DNA of 62,984 nucleotides from Polyangia bacterium. GTDB lineage: Bacteria > Myxococcota_A > Polyangia > Fen-1088. A program made the translations under genes and the position numbers. The DNA lies in contig DASZUD010000100.1 of assembly GCA_035548155.1 (NCBI GenBank), positions 1 to 62,984 of the forward strand, written 5' to 3'. The notes beneath the pieces are model-generated. The model saw only the letters and a program-made list of their open reading frames with translations. It was not told the DNA's origin and made no database searches. Below are positions 46,277 through 56,239 of this stretch, piece after piece (the stretch's first letter is position 1; every line of letters starts with the position of its first letter).

Positions 46277-47431
46277 ATGGACCAGTCGAAGCCACTGCGC
46301 ATCGCCATCTCGGGCTCGTACGGCGGCATGAACCTCGGCGACGAGGCGATCCTCGAGGGCATCCTCGGCCGCCTGCGCGCGACGCTGCCGTCGGCGGAGA
46401 TCACCGTGTTCAGCCGCAACCCGGCCGACACGCTGGCGCGGCACGGCGTGCAGCGCGCGGTCCCCGTCCGCTCGCTCACGCTGCGCGAGAGCGCGCACGA
46501 GATGCGGGGCCTCGATCTCTTCATCCTGGGCGGCGGCGGCATCCTCTACGATCGCGACGCCGAGACGTACCTGCGCGAGGTGTTCATCGCGCACGAGCTC
46601 GGCATTCCCGTGATGGTCTACGCGATCAGCGCGGGGCCGCTCACGCAGGCGTCGGCGCGCGCGGCGGTGCGCGACGCGCTGAACCCCGCGGCGCTGGTCA
46701 CCGTGCGCGATCGCGCCGGCCATCGCCTGCTCGAGGACGTGGGCGTCACGCGAGAGATTCACCTCACGGCGGATCCCGCGCTGCTGCTCGAGCCCGAAGA
46801 GGTGCCCGCGAGCGTGCTCGAGGCCGATGGCGTCGACTTCAGCCACCCGCTCGTGGGCCTCTCCGTCCGCGAGCCCGGACCCGCGGCGCCCGACATCGAT
46901 CCCGACGAGTACTACAGGCTGCTCGCCAACGCCGCTGACTTCGTCGCCGAACGTTACGACGCCGAGGTGTTGTTCGTACCCATGGAGAAGGGCGACGTCC
47001 AGCACAGCCACGCCGTCGTCGCGCACATGCAGAACGCCGAGCGGGCCGAGATCCTGCGCCGCACCTACTCGCCGCGGCAGATCCTCGACCTCATGGGGCG
47101 GCTCGATCTCGCGATCGGCATGCGCCTGCACTTCATGATCTTCGCGGCGCTGCGCGGCACGCCGTTCGCGGCGCTGCCGTACGCGTCGAAGGTGTCGGGC
47201 CTGCTGACGGACCTCGGCATGGAGAGCCCGCCGCTGGGCAAGGTCAACGCCGGGCAGCTCATCGGGCGCGTCGACAGGTCATGGGACACGCGCGACGAGA
47301 TCCGAGCCCAGATCGAAGGGCACATCGCGCCGCTCAAGCAGCGCTCTCTGCGCAACAACGAGCTGCTGCTCGAGCTCGTGGCGCGGCAGCGGGACGCCGA
47401 GGCGCAGCTGTCGTTCGTCGAGCATCACTGA
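46277..47431 (+). CDS. Polysaccharide pyruvyl transferase family protein (CsaB-like)
   Basis: 384 aa, SD GGGAGGAGGA upstream. ISGSYGGMNLGDEAIL...LFILGGGGILYD...MRLHFMIFAA is typical of PS_pyruv_trans. Confidence 0.85.
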   Translation: MDQSKPLRIAISGSYGGMNLGDEAILEGILGRLRATLPSAEITVFSRNPADTLARHGVQRAVPVRSLTLRESAHEMRGLDLFILGGGGILYDRDAETYLREVFIAHELGIPVMVYAISAGPLTQASARAAVRDALNPAALVTVRDRAGHRLLEDVGVTREIHLTADPALLLEPEEVPASVLEADGVDFSHPLVGLSVREPGPAAPDIDPDEYYRLLANAADFVAERYDAEVLFVPMEKGDVQHSHAVVAHMQNAERAEILRRTYSPRQILDLMGRLDLAIGMRLHFMIFAALRGTPFAALPYASKVSGLLTDLGMESPPLGKVNAGQLIGRVDRSWDTRDEIRAQIEGHIAPLKQRSLRNNELLLELVARQRDAEAQLSFVEHH

Positions 47432-47847
47432 CGAGCGTCGTTCATCAGCCGCTCCGACGCGTCCGCGTGGCGCAGCAGGATCGTCGCGAGCTCGCGTTGG
47501 AGCGCGACCTTGGCCGTCATCCAGCGCGCGAGCGCGGCGGGATCCCGGCGCGCCGGATCATGCGGCGCCGCCGGCGCGTCGCGCATCGCGCGCATCGCCT
47601 CGGCGGCGCGATCGGCGGCGTCCGCCATCTCGCGGTACGCCCTCGCGACGCGCAGCAGGCCGTCGCGCTCTCGCTGCGCGGCCGCGTTGGCCGGCCCGAC
47701 CCCCGGGGCGCTCGCGTCGACCCGACGAGCGTGAGCTTCCATGTTGTGGGCGACGTGGCGCGCGAGATCACGCCAGCGTTCGGGCACCTCGGCGTCCGCC
47801 GCGAGCTCTTCCCCGCACGTCTGATCCTCCGTCTTGGCTCGGTTCAT
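47425..47847 (-). CDS. Hypothetical helical protein
   Basis: 140 aa, plausible composition, convergent 7-nt overlap with the pyruvyl transferase gene. No motif recognised. Confidence 0.5.
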   Translation of the reverse strand: MNRAKTEDQTCGEELAADAEVPERWRDLARHVAHNMEAHARRVDASAPGVGPANAAAQRERDGLLRVARAYREMADAADRAAEAMRAMRDAPAAPHDPARRDPAALARWMTAKVALQRELATILLRHADASERLMNDARQ

Positions 47848-47931
47848 GAGGGGCAGAACGCGCGGCGAGCGCGCGTGTGACCGTGATGCGCCGTGACGCG
47901 CGCGCCGCGGCGGTGTCGGGGCTGATTGACG

Positions 47932-48201
47932 CTACGACACGGGCAGGAAGGCCCAGCTGTTGCCGGCCTTGACGTCTCGCCACTCGGAGCGGCCGTGGTT
48001 GGCGTGGACGACGACGACGGCCTCGGACTGATCGACCGTGTTCGGATGGGGCTGCGGGGGCGTCTTGTTGTAGAGCGCGCGGGCGGTGACGTGCCCGAGC
48101 TCGCTCGCCGCCCGCGCGAGCTCGTCGAGAAACACGTCGAGCGCGGGGCCGCGTCGCGCTTCGGAGGCGCTGCAAGACCCGCCGAGCCCGCTGGAGCGCA
48201 C
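47932..48201 (-). CDS. Hypothetical small protein or gene fragment
   Basis: 89 aa. The C-terminal part (TARALYNKTPPQPHPNTVDQSEAVVVVHANHGRSEWRDVKAGNSWAFLP) looks protein-like. The N-terminus is doubtful. Confidence 0.3.
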   Translation of the reverse strand: MRSSGLGGSCSASEARRGPALDVFLDELARAASELGHVTARALYNKTPPQPHPNTVDQSEAVVVVHANHGRSEWRDVKAGNSWAFLPVS

Positions 48202-48210
48202 GCCCGAGTG

Positions 48211-48262
48211 ACTAGGTACTAACCATTAGGGTCATTAGAAAACCCGTATTTTTCCTAACAGC
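48211..48262 (+). promoter_or_regulatory. Sharply AT-rich patch upstream of the 1347-aa surface protein gene (probable promoter/regulatory region)
   Basis: actaggtactaaccattagggtcattagaaaacccgtatttttcctaaca, containing CATTAG twice 9 nt apart. It stands out against the high-GC flanks. Confidence 0.35.
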
Positions 48263-48347
48263 GCGTGTTCGAAGGGCCGATATCCTTCCGAGCGGGGGTC
48301 ATGTCATCGAACCGGCACGGGTCGAAGGCCAGCCGTCGAGGTATTCC

Positions 48348-51300
48348 GTGAGGGCCGCGCGGGACGGGTTCGCGCGACGTGGCCTCGTCATGGCCGCGGT
48401 CGTGGCGACGTGGTTGACCACGGCGGCGGGCGCCGCTCACGCCAGCGTCGCGCTGGTCCAGAGCAACAGCGCCACGGGCACGACGGGCACCGTGACGGCG
48501 ACCTGGGGCTCGGCCGTGACGGCGGGCCATCTGCTGGTCGCCACCGTCTCGGCCAACGGAGCGGGCGGCGGCGGCGCGCCGACGATCAGCGCGCCGGCCG
48601 GTTGGACCTCCATCGCGACCGCCGCCAACACCGGCAAGGTCACGGTCGCCATGTACTACATCCAGAACTGCGGGGCGAAGACGCTGGGATCCACCGAGGC
48701 GTTCTCGACGACGAACTCCTCGGCGACCACCGTCCGCCTCCTCGAGTTCTCGGGCGTCGTCACGTCGGGCGCGCTCGACGTCTCCGGAACGGCGACGGGC
48801 GCCGCTGCCGCGACGTCCAGCGTGTCGAGCACCGGCAGCGTGAGCACGAGCCCCGAGCTGGGCGTGGCGATCTTCGCGCACCAGATTCCTGGCGCGGCGA
48901 CGACCGAGGTCACGGCCTCGTCACCCTACGCCGACCTCGGCGGCGGCAACCTGCTCGCGGGCGCGGGCTCGACCGGCGTGCACGAGGACACGATCTACAA
49001 CGCGGCTGTCACGGGCGGCGCCGTCGCGACGGCGACGGTCGCGGTCTCGGCGAACACGCACAGCTGGGCCATGGCGGTGGCCACGTTCCAGCAGGCGCCC
49101 CTTTACTGGCGCGGCGGGCTCACGGGCTGCCCGAGCGGCAGCTCCTTCTCGAGCACGAGCTGCTGGTCCACCAGCAGCGGCGGCGCCAGCGCCGGCCTCG
49201 CGCCCGGAACGGCCGATCGCACGAACTTCGACGCGAACGGCACGGGCGACTGCGCGCTCGACTCGGCGACGGCCGGGTCGATCACGACGACGTCCGGATA
49301 CACCGGCACGATCTCGCAGGGCGCCCAGAACGTGGCGCTGAGGAACGACATCACCATCGGAGGCGGCACCTTCCTGGGGCACGCCGGGCAGACGATCTCG
49401 ACGAACCAGAGCGGCGCGTACAACGGCGGCATCGTCGTGAGCGGCGGCGCGTTCAACGGCAACGGCGCCGCCCTGGCGGTCAAAGGCCTCTACGTCTCGG
49501 GCGGGACGTTCACGGCGGGCACCGGCAACTTCAGCACGAACAACGGCGGCACCGCGATCCTGTCGGGCGGCACGTCGACGTTCGGCGCGGGGACGGTGGC
49601 GTTCGCGGGCCTCGTCACGCTGAGCGGGGGCACCGTGACGTTTGGCAGCGGCGCGCCGTCCTTCGCGGCCGGCCTCGACGTCGAGGGCGCGAACGTGACC
49701 TTCGGCGCCTCGGCGTCGACGGTGACCGTCACCGGCACGGCCACGGTCGGGTCGGGCACGGTGAGCTTCACGAACGGCGCGGCGGCGACGGACTTCTCGA
49801 ACACGCTGCTCTTCACGCAGTCGGGCGGCACGATCAACGTCAACGGCGCCACCGTCGCCGTGGGCTCGACGATCACGACGGGCAGCAACGACGCGTTCGT
49901 CATGTCGGGCGGCACGTTCAACAACACGACCGCGGGCGGCGTGCTGGCCGTCGGGACCGCCGGCGGCGGCGGCGGCATCATGAACCAGAGCGGCGCGACC
50001 GCCGTCTATAGCGGCGTCGTCGGCGCCACCGAGACGTTCAACGGTCCGCTCAAGGTGAGCGGGTCGATGACGCTCGGCACGGCGACGATGGCCGGCACGG
50101 GCGTGGCCACGCGCAAGGACGTCACGATCAACGCCGGCGGCACGCTGTCACTTTCGTCGGCGGGGTTCGCCTTCAGCGGTCCCACGGCGATGACGATCGC
50201 CGGCACGCTGAACGCCGGCAGCGGGACGGTGACCTTCCCCAGCATGGCGTCGCTGACGGTGAGCGGGACCTACAACGCGCAGAGCTCGAGCCTCACGCTG
50301 GGGATCCCTGCGACGATCAGCGGCACCTTCAACGCGGGCACGTCGACGACGAAGCTGAACAACACGGTGGCGCTCTCCGGGACCTTCAACGCGCAGAGCT
50401 CGACCGCCGTCACCTTCGGCGGCGTGGTCACGATGTCGGGGACGAGCGCGTTCAACGGAAACACGGGCACGTCGACGTTCTCGGTCGCGCCGACGCTGAC
50501 CGCGGGGACGTTCACGGTCGGCGACGCCGGGTCGACGGGCAGCGTGATCTTCACGCTGGGCGCGACGTTCACGAGCGGCATGACGCTGGCGTTCCCCGCG
50601 AACGGCAGCACGCTGAGCGCGCCCGGCGGTCAGACGCTGGCGCTGAACGGCACGGTGACGTCGAGCGGCGGCCGCGTGGCCACGCCGCCCAAGATCGCGC
50701 GCAGCAGCGGCGCCACCGGCATCACCGTGGCCTTCGGCGCGACGAGCGTCCTCGACGTCAACGGGCTCGAGATCGACAACTCCGTCGCCACGGGCGTGAC
50801 GATCGCCGACGGGGCGACCTTCACCTCGCTGCGAAACGTGGCGTTCAAGAACAACGTCGCGGGCAGCGTCTCCACGGGCGCGACACACCTGTCGATTACC
50901 AGCTCGAACCCGTCGGGGGCGAAGGTGATCGTGGCGCCCGGGTGCTCGTTCGACGCCTCGGCTCAGTACAACGTCACGCTGAGCGGCGTGAGCGCCAGCA
51001 CCGGCGTGCGCGCCATCTTCGAGTTCCAGAGCACGGCGCTGAACGGCGCGCGGGGCGGCCCCGCCTACGATCTCGACGCCGACACCACGGGGGACAACGT
51101 GGCCGACTCGACGACGGCCAACCGGTACGGCGCCGTCGTCGAGTGGGTCAAGGCGAGCCCCACGGACACGGCGGGCACGGCGGTGGGCTTCCCCACGGCG
51201 GCGTTCGACTGGAACACCTTCCAGTGGTACGGCATCTACGTCGCGTACAAGGACACGTCGGGCGCGGGCTCGCCGGACGTGCTGTGGCTGCGCAATGCGG

Positions 51301-52391
51301 ACGGCTCGGCGGCGTACTCGTTCACGGTTCCGCAGTCGAGCGGCGATCTGGTCGCGACGCCGCTCTGGGACGCGGTGAACGAGGTCACTGCGGACCTCGA
51401 CGTCAACGGCGACGGCGACAAGACGGACACGGATGTGCGCATCGTCTACCTCGCGACGTCGCTCGGCCACGTCATCAAGCTCGTCGACAACGGTTCGGGC
51501 CTCGCGCGTCCCGCGTCGGGCATGTGGGCGGCGGACTTCACGAGCACGAACGTCTCCACGATCACGTCGCCGCTCGGCAACGACGGCACGAACCTGTACT
51601 TCGGCGGCACCGACAACGGCTCGACGAAGGTGTTCGGCGTGCAGGTGGCTGGCGGCGCGAACGAAGCGACGCTCCAGCGAGAAGTGGGCTCGGTGGGTCC
51701 CGTCTCGACGTCGCCGTCGATGATGATCCCGGGCGGGACCACGTGGATGTTCCTCGGGTCGGCGGCGGTGTCGGGCCACGCGTACATCTACCGGCTCAAC
51801 ATGACGAGCGGCACGGTCGACGCCAGCTATGCAGGCTCGACGGCCAGCATCAACGGCGCCGTCGTGCTGGTGAACGGCCGCGCTTACGCGGTGTCCGACG
51901 GCGGAACGATCTACGCGCTCGACGCGCTCAACTTCGCTCCGGGCGGGTTCACGAACGTCACAGGATTCCCGTTCCAGACGGCCGCGGCCAAGCCCATCCA
52001 GCGCGCGCCCTGGGTCGATTCGACGGACAACGGCGCGTACTTCGGCGACGACGGCGGCAACGTCTACGCGCTGACGTCAGCCGGGACGGCACGCACCGGA
52101 TATCCGCTGCCGATCTCGGGCGCGCCCAAGATCACGTCGACCCCGATCTACGTGTCGGGCTCGGGTGTGCTCGCCGTCGGCGCCAACGACGGCTACCTCT
52201 ACTTCATCGATCGGGACAACGGCTCGGGGCCCACCGTGTTCAAGCGCTTCTTCGTGACGTCCTCGGGGCACGACGTGTCGAGCGTCAGCTACAACGCGAA
52301 CACGCTCGTCTACATGGTCTCGTCCAGCGACGGGAAGCTGGCCTTCGTCGACGCCGCCGACGTGGCCGACCCGACGCCGGGAACGATCTGA
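48348..52391 (+). CDS. Large secreted adhesin-like protein: N-terminal globular domain, long Gly/Thr/Ser beta-helix-type repeats, C-terminal PQQ-like beta-propeller
   Basis: 1347 aa, GTG start, signal peptide ...LTTAAGAAHA. Degenerate repeats of the type GGTFTAGTGNFS / GGTSTFGAGTVAF / GGTVTFGSGAPSF. C-terminal blades GTIYALDALN, GNVYALTSAG, DGYLYFIDRDNG, DGKLAFVD. Confidence 0.88.
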   Translation: MRAARDGFARRGLVMAAVVATWLTTAAGAAHASVALVQSNSATGTTGTVTATWGSAVTAGHLLVATVSANGAGGGGAPTISAPAGWTSIATAANTGKVTVAMYYIQNCGAKTLGSTEAFSTTNSSATTVRLLEFSGVVTSGALDVSGTATGAAAATSSVSSTGSVSTSPELGVAIFAHQIPGAATTEVTASSPYADLGGGNLLAGAGSTGVHEDTIYNAAVTGGAVATATVAVSANTHSWAMAVATFQQAPLYWRGGLTGCPSGSSFSSTSCWSTSSGGASAGLAPGTADRTNFDANGTGDCALDSATAGSITTTSGYTGTISQGAQNVALRNDITIGGGTFLGHAGQTISTNQSGAYNGGIVVSGGAFNGNGAALAVKGLYVSGGTFTAGTGNFSTNNGGTAILSGGTSTFGAGTVAFAGLVTLSGGTVTFGSGAPSFAAGLDVEGANVTFGASASTVTVTGTATVGSGTVSFTNGAAATDFSNTLLFTQSGGTINVNGATVAVGSTITTGSNDAFVMSGGTFNNTTAGGVLAVGTAGGGGGIMNQSGATAVYSGVVGATETFNGPLKVSGSMTLGTATMAGTGVATRKDVTINAGGTLSLSSAGFAFSGPTAMTIAGTLNAGSGTVTFPSMASLTVSGTYNAQSSSLTLGIPATISGTFNAGTSTTKLNNTVALSGTFNAQSSTAVTFGGVVTMSGTSAFNGNTGTSTFSVAPTLTAGTFTVGDAGSTGSVIFTLGATFTSGMTLAFPANGSTLSAPGGQTLALNGTVTSSGGRVATPPKIARSSGATGITVAFGATSVLDVNGLEIDNSVATGVTIADGATFTSLRNVAFKNNVAGSVSTGATHLSITSSNPSGAKVIVAPGCSFDASAQYNVTLSGVSASTGVRAIFEFQSTALNGARGGPAYDLDADTTGDNVADSTTANRYGAVVEWVKASPTDTAGTAVGFPTAAFDWNTFQWYGIYVAYKDTSGAGSPDVLWLRNADGSAAYSFTVPQSSGDLVATPLWDAVNEVTADLDVNGDGDKTDTDVRIVYLATSLGHVIKLVDNGSGLARPASGMWAADFTSTNVSTITSPLGNDGTNLYFGGTDNGSTKVFGVQVAGGANEATLQREVGSVGPVSTSPSMMIPGGTTWMFLGSAAVSGHAYIYRLNMTSGTVDASYAGSTASINGAVVLVNGRAYAVSDGGTIYALDALNFAPGGFTNVTGFPFQTAAAKPIQRAPWVDSTDNGAYFGDDGGNVYALTSAGTARTGYPLPISGAPKITSTPIYVSGSGVLAVGANDGYLYFIDRDNGSGPTVFKRFFVTSSGHDVSSVSYNANTLVYMVSSSDGKLAFVDAADVADPTPGTI

Positions 52392-52441
52392 CCGGGGCCG
52401 ACCTCGAAGCGCGGGCGCTTCGGCGGTAGGCTGGCAGCACG

Positions 52442-53845
52442 ATGGATCTTCCTCCGATCACGGGCACGGCGGCGCGTATGACCGAGATCTCGCGCAGCCT
52501 GCCGCTGCGCGCGGGCGCGGACCCGGTCTCCGTGCGGGCGGCCTTCGGCGTCGCGCTGCACATGCACCAGCCCACGGTGTTGGGTGACGGCGACCCGGCG
52601 TCGGCGCCGCTGATCTCGAACCTGCAGCGCATGCTGGAACACCAGGGGGAGGGCGACAACCACAACGCGCCGGTGTTCCTGCGCTGTTACGGCCGCTCCG
52701 CCGATCTCGTGGGCGGGCTCCTCGCGCGCGGCCTGCGCCCGAAGCTGATGCTGGACTACTCGGGAAACCTGCTGTGGGGGTTGGCTCAGATGAGGCAGAC
52801 CGAGACGCTGGCCGCCCTCGCGCGCACGGTCGAGCCGCCCCTCGCCCCGTCGATCGAGTGGTTGGGCACGATGTGGTCGCACGCGGTGGTCTCGTCGACG
52901 CCGGTGCCGGACCTGGCCCTGCACATGCTGGCCTGGCGCCATCATTTCGCCGCGCTGTTCGGCCTGCCGGCGCTCGAGCGCGTCCGCGGGTTCTCGGCGC
53001 CCGAGATGGACCTGCCCGTTCATCCCGACGCCTGCTTCGCCTACGTGCGCGCGCTGCGGGCCTGCGGTTACCGGTGGCTGATGGTGCAGGAGCACACCGT
53101 CGAGCGCCTCGACGGGACGCCGCTCGGCCACCCGCGCGTGCCACATCGCTTGGTCGCGCGCAGCTCCGAGGGCGAGACCGTCTCCATTTCCGTGCTCGTC
53201 AAGACTCAGGGCTCGGACACGAAGCTCGTCGGCCAGATGCAGCCCTTCGGAGAGGCTCGCGCCCTCGGCCGCCAGCCGCTCGCCGATCGCTCGGTGCCGC
53301 CGTACTCCCTGCAGATCGGCGACGGCGAGAACGGCGGCGTCATGATGAACGAGTTCCCGAGCGCGTACGAGCGCGCCTTCGAGGCGCTCGGCGCGGGCGA
53401 CGTGGTGGCCATGAACGGCAGCGAGTACCTCGAGGCGATCCTGGCGACGGGCGTGAACGAAGAGGCGTTCCCGGCGGTGCAGCCTAGGTCGCAGCATCGC
53501 ATCTGGGCGGAGGTCACGTCGCCGGGCCCGGGCGCCGCCGACCGCGCGATCGCCCGCCTGCGCGAGCGCGATCCTTCGTTCAAGGTCGATCGCGCGTCGT
53601 GGACCAACGATCGAAGCTGGCTCGACGGCTACGAAGACGTGATGGATCCGATCCTGGAGCTGAGCGCGCGCTTCCACGAGCGCTGGGACGGCGCGGACGC
53701 GTCGGGCGATCCCGCCTACGCGCGCTCTCTGCTCACGCTCCTCTTGTCGCAGACGAGCTGCTTTCGCTATTGGGGCCACGGCTTCTGGACGGACACCGCG
53801 CGGGAGATCTGCCGTCGCGGCATGGCCCTCGCCACGCCCAGGTGA
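52442..53845 (+). CDS. Glycoside hydrolase family 57-like protein
   Basis: 467 aa. FGVALHMHQPTV is GH57 region I (HQP), followed by the WSHAV.. and ..PEMD.. segments. The specific activity cannot be assigned. Confidence 0.7.
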   Translation: MDLPPITGTAARMTEISRSLPLRAGADPVSVRAAFGVALHMHQPTVLGDGDPASAPLISNLQRMLEHQGEGDNHNAPVFLRCYGRSADLVGGLLARGLRPKLMLDYSGNLLWGLAQMRQTETLAALARTVEPPLAPSIEWLGTMWSHAVVSSTPVPDLALHMLAWRHHFAALFGLPALERVRGFSAPEMDLPVHPDACFAYVRALRACGYRWLMVQEHTVERLDGTPLGHPRVPHRLVARSSEGETVSISVLVKTQGSDTKLVGQMQPFGEARALGRQPLADRSVPPYSLQIGDGENGGVMMNEFPSAYERAFEALGAGDVVAMNGSEYLEAILATGVNEEAFPAVQPRSQHRIWAEVTSPGPGAADRAIARLRERDPSFKVDRASWTNDRSWLDGYEDVMDPILELSARFHERWDGADASGDPAYARSLLTLLLSQTSCFRYWGHGFWTDTAREICRRGMALATPR

Positions 53846-53885
53846 CGGGGGCCGCGGTCGTCGTCGACCTTCTTCGGCCGGGACA

Positions 53886-53923
53886 GGGGCGGCCGCCCCC
53901 TCGACGGGGTCGGGCCCCGACCC
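53886..53923 (+). terminator. Two GC-rich hairpins after the GH57 gene
   Basis: ggggcggccgcccc is a 14-nt perfect palindrome at 53886-53899 and contains GCGGCCGC. gggtcg-ggccc-cgaccc lies at 53907-53923. No U-tract. Confidence 0.4.
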
Positions 53924-53932
53924 ATGTTGATC

Positions 53933-53941
53933 GGAAGGAGG
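53933..53941 (+). promoter_or_regulatory. Shine-Dalgarno (GGAAGGAGG) for mscL
   Basis: Lies 5 nt upstream of the ATG at 53947. Confidence 0.65.
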
Positions 53942-53946
53942 CGTGC

Positions 53947-54336
53947 ATGCTGCGCGAATTTCGAGATTTCATCGGGCGGAGCAACGTCCTCGGGTTGGCG
54001 GTGGCCCTGGTGATGGGGGCCGCGTTCGGCGCGGTCGTCGCCTCGTTCACGAACGACATCCTGATGCAGCTCATCGCGGCCGCGGGCGCGAAGCCCAACT
54101 TCAACGCGCTCTCGTTCACGGTCAACGGAACGCCCATCCGGTACGGCTCGTTCCTGACGGTGGTGCTGTCGTTCGTGATCGTCGCGTTCGCGATGTTCCT
54201 CGTCGTGAAGGGGGCCAACCGCCTGCAACGAGGGGCGCAGGCCGAAAGGGAGGCCGAGCCGCCCAAGGAGAGCGAGCGCGATCTGCTCGAGCAGATCCGC
54301 GACGAGCTGCGTTCGCGCCCGCCGGCCCACGCCTGA
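53947..54336 (+). CDS. mscL: Large-conductance mechanosensitive channel
   Basis: 129 aa. MLREFRDFIGRSNVLGLAVALVMGAAFGAVVASFTNDILM and GSFLTVVLSFVIVAFAMFLVVK are canonical MscL TM1/TM2. Confidence 0.95.
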   Translation: MLREFRDFIGRSNVLGLAVALVMGAAFGAVVASFTNDILMQLIAAAGAKPNFNALSFTVNGTPIRYGSFLTVVLSFVIVAFAMFLVVKGANRLQRGAQAEREAEPPKESERDLLEQIRDELRSRPPAHA

Positions 54337-54480
54337 CGCGAGCCCGTCGCCTTCGAGCGCGTCCCGGCGCATCCTCGCGCGCGGCCCGCGACGGCTCGTC
54401 GCCCGGCCCGCGCCGCGTCGCCGCGCAGTCAGGGATCTCGACCCTTGCGACGGCGTCTCCGCGGATCCATCGAGGGACGC

Positions 54481-56235
54481 ATGGCGCGCCTCCTGTCCGT
54501 GAACGTCGGTCTGCCGCGGGACATCCGCTGGAACGACCGCACCGTACGTACGGCGATCTGGAAGGATCCCGTGCCGGGCCGCTGCCGCGCCCGCAGGTTG
54601 AACCTCGACGGGGACGGGCAGGGCGACCTGGCCGGCCACGGCGGCGAGCACCGCGCCGTCTTCGTCTATCAGATCGAGTCGTATCGCTACTGGCAGGAGC
54701 AGCTCGCGCGGACGGACTTCGCGTACGGACAGTTCGGCGAGAACTTCACGATCGAAGGCTTGGCCGACGACGAGGTCTGCATCGGTGATCAGTATCGAAT
54801 CGGCAGCGCGCTGTTCGAGGTCACCCAGCCTCGCGTCACTTGCTACCGCGTCGGCATCCGCATGAACGAGCCGCGGATGGCGGCGCTGCTGACGGGCAGC
54901 GGTCGGCCCGGGTTCTACCTTCGGGTCCTGGAGGAAGGCGAGGTCGGCGCCGGCGACGAGATCGCGAAGACGGGCGAGGCGAAGGAGCGCATGACGGTCG
55001 CCGAGATCAACGCGCTCCTCTATTCGCCCGCGCATCCTCGCGACCGCTTGCAACGCGCGTTGCGCATCGAGGCCTTGCCTGCGGGCTGGCGGTCGTCCTT
55101 CGAGGCGCTGCTGGCGACGGGCGCCGCGGGTGGAAACGCGGGCCTCGCGCCCGAGGCGGCGGCGCACCCCGCGGCGCCTGGATTTCGGCCGCTCGGGGTG
55201 AGCGCGATCGAAGACGAGTCGGCGGACGTCCTCTCGCTGACGCTGCAGAAAGGCGAGGGCGAGGCGCTGGCGCTGCCGCTGCCGCTGCCGGGCCAGTTCG
55301 TGGTCTTGCGCCTGGCGGCCGGCGGGCGGACGATCTTCCGCAGCTATTCGCTCTCGGGCGCCCCGTCGACGGAGCGCTACCGGATCAGCGTGAAGGTCGA
55401 GCCCCACGGCGCCGCGGGAACGCACCTGCGCGAGCACGTCCGGGTGGGCGACGCGCTCGACGTCAGCGCGCCGCGCGGCAGCTTCGTCCTGCGAGACGGC
55501 GACGGCCCCGTGGTGCTGCTCAGCGCGGGGATCGGCGCGACGCCCGTCCTCGCGATGCTGCACGCGCTCGCCTCCGCGCGCTCGACGCGGCCGGTGTTCT
55601 GGCTGCACGGCGCGCGCGATCGGCTGCACCACCCCTTCGCGGCCGAAGCGCGGCGGCTGGCTTCCTCGCTCGCGAGCTGCCGGCGCTACGTCTGTTACAG
55701 CCATCCGGGCGCGGGCGACGTCGATGGTGACGACTTCGACGCCGTCGGGCACCTCTCGCGCTCGATCTTCGAGGAGATCGGCGTCCCGCGCGACGCCGAC
55801 GTCTATCTCTGCGGGCCCACGCAGTTCATGGCCGAGATGACCCAGGCCCTCGTCGCCTACGGCGTGGCGCCGGCGCGGGTGCACGTCGAGATCTTCAACG
55901 GCAGCCAGCCCATCACCCCGGGCGTCGTCAGCGCCGCGTCAGGGCCTCCACACGCGCCGAAAGACGACGCCGACACGGGCCCGCTCGTGTCGTTCGCCCG
56001 CAGCGGCGTCGCGGCGCACTGGAAGCCGTCTCGGTACCGCAACCTCCTCGAGCTGGCCGAGGCCTGCGACGTCCCGGTCCGCTGGTCGTGCCGCACGGGC
56101 GTCTGTCACACCTGCGAGAGCGGCCTGGTCTCGGGCTCGGTGGCCTACGGACCCGAGCCGCTGGATCAACCGGCCGACGGCAACGTCCTCGTGTGCTGCT
56201 CTCAGCCGCTGCGCGACGTCGTCGTCGATCTTTGA
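54481..56235 (+). CDS. MOSC domain / ferredoxin-NADP reductase-like (FAD+NAD binding) / 2Fe-2S ferredoxin fusion protein
   Basis: Start at MARLLSVNVGLPR. MOSC core GDGQGDLAGHGGEHRAVFVY...GENFTIEG...QPRVTCYRV. FNR motifs RSYSLS and LLSAGIGATP. C-terminal CRTGVCHTCESG...VCC. 584 aa. Confidence 0.9.
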   Translation: MARLLSVNVGLPRDIRWNDRTVRTAIWKDPVPGRCRARRLNLDGDGQGDLAGHGGEHRAVFVYQIESYRYWQEQLARTDFAYGQFGENFTIEGLADDEVCIGDQYRIGSALFEVTQPRVTCYRVGIRMNEPRMAALLTGSGRPGFYLRVLEEGEVGAGDEIAKTGEAKERMTVAEINALLYSPAHPRDRLQRALRIEALPAGWRSSFEALLATGAAGGNAGLAPEAAAHPAAPGFRPLGVSAIEDESADVLSLTLQKGEGEALALPLPLPGQFVVLRLAAGGRTIFRSYSLSGAPSTERYRISVKVEPHGAAGTHLREHVRVGDALDVSAPRGSFVLRDGDGPVVLLSAGIGATPVLAMLHALASARSTRPVFWLHGARDRLHHPFAAEARRLASSLASCRRYVCYSHPGAGDVDGDDFDAVGHLSRSIFEEIGVPRDADVYLCGPTQFMAEMTQALVAYGVAPARVHVEIFNGSQPITPGVVSAASGPPHAPKDDADTGPLVSFARSGVAAHWKPSRYRNLLELAEACDVPVRWSCRTGVCHTCESGLVSGSVAYGPEPLDQPADGNVLVCCSQPLRDVVVDL

Positions 56236-56239
56236 TCCG

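Noticed and set aside
53767-55884. 705-aa minus-strand ORF
   Set aside because: It is antisense to mscL and the MOSC-FNR-ferredoxin gene, both of which have unambiguous motifs. It is a shadow ORF.
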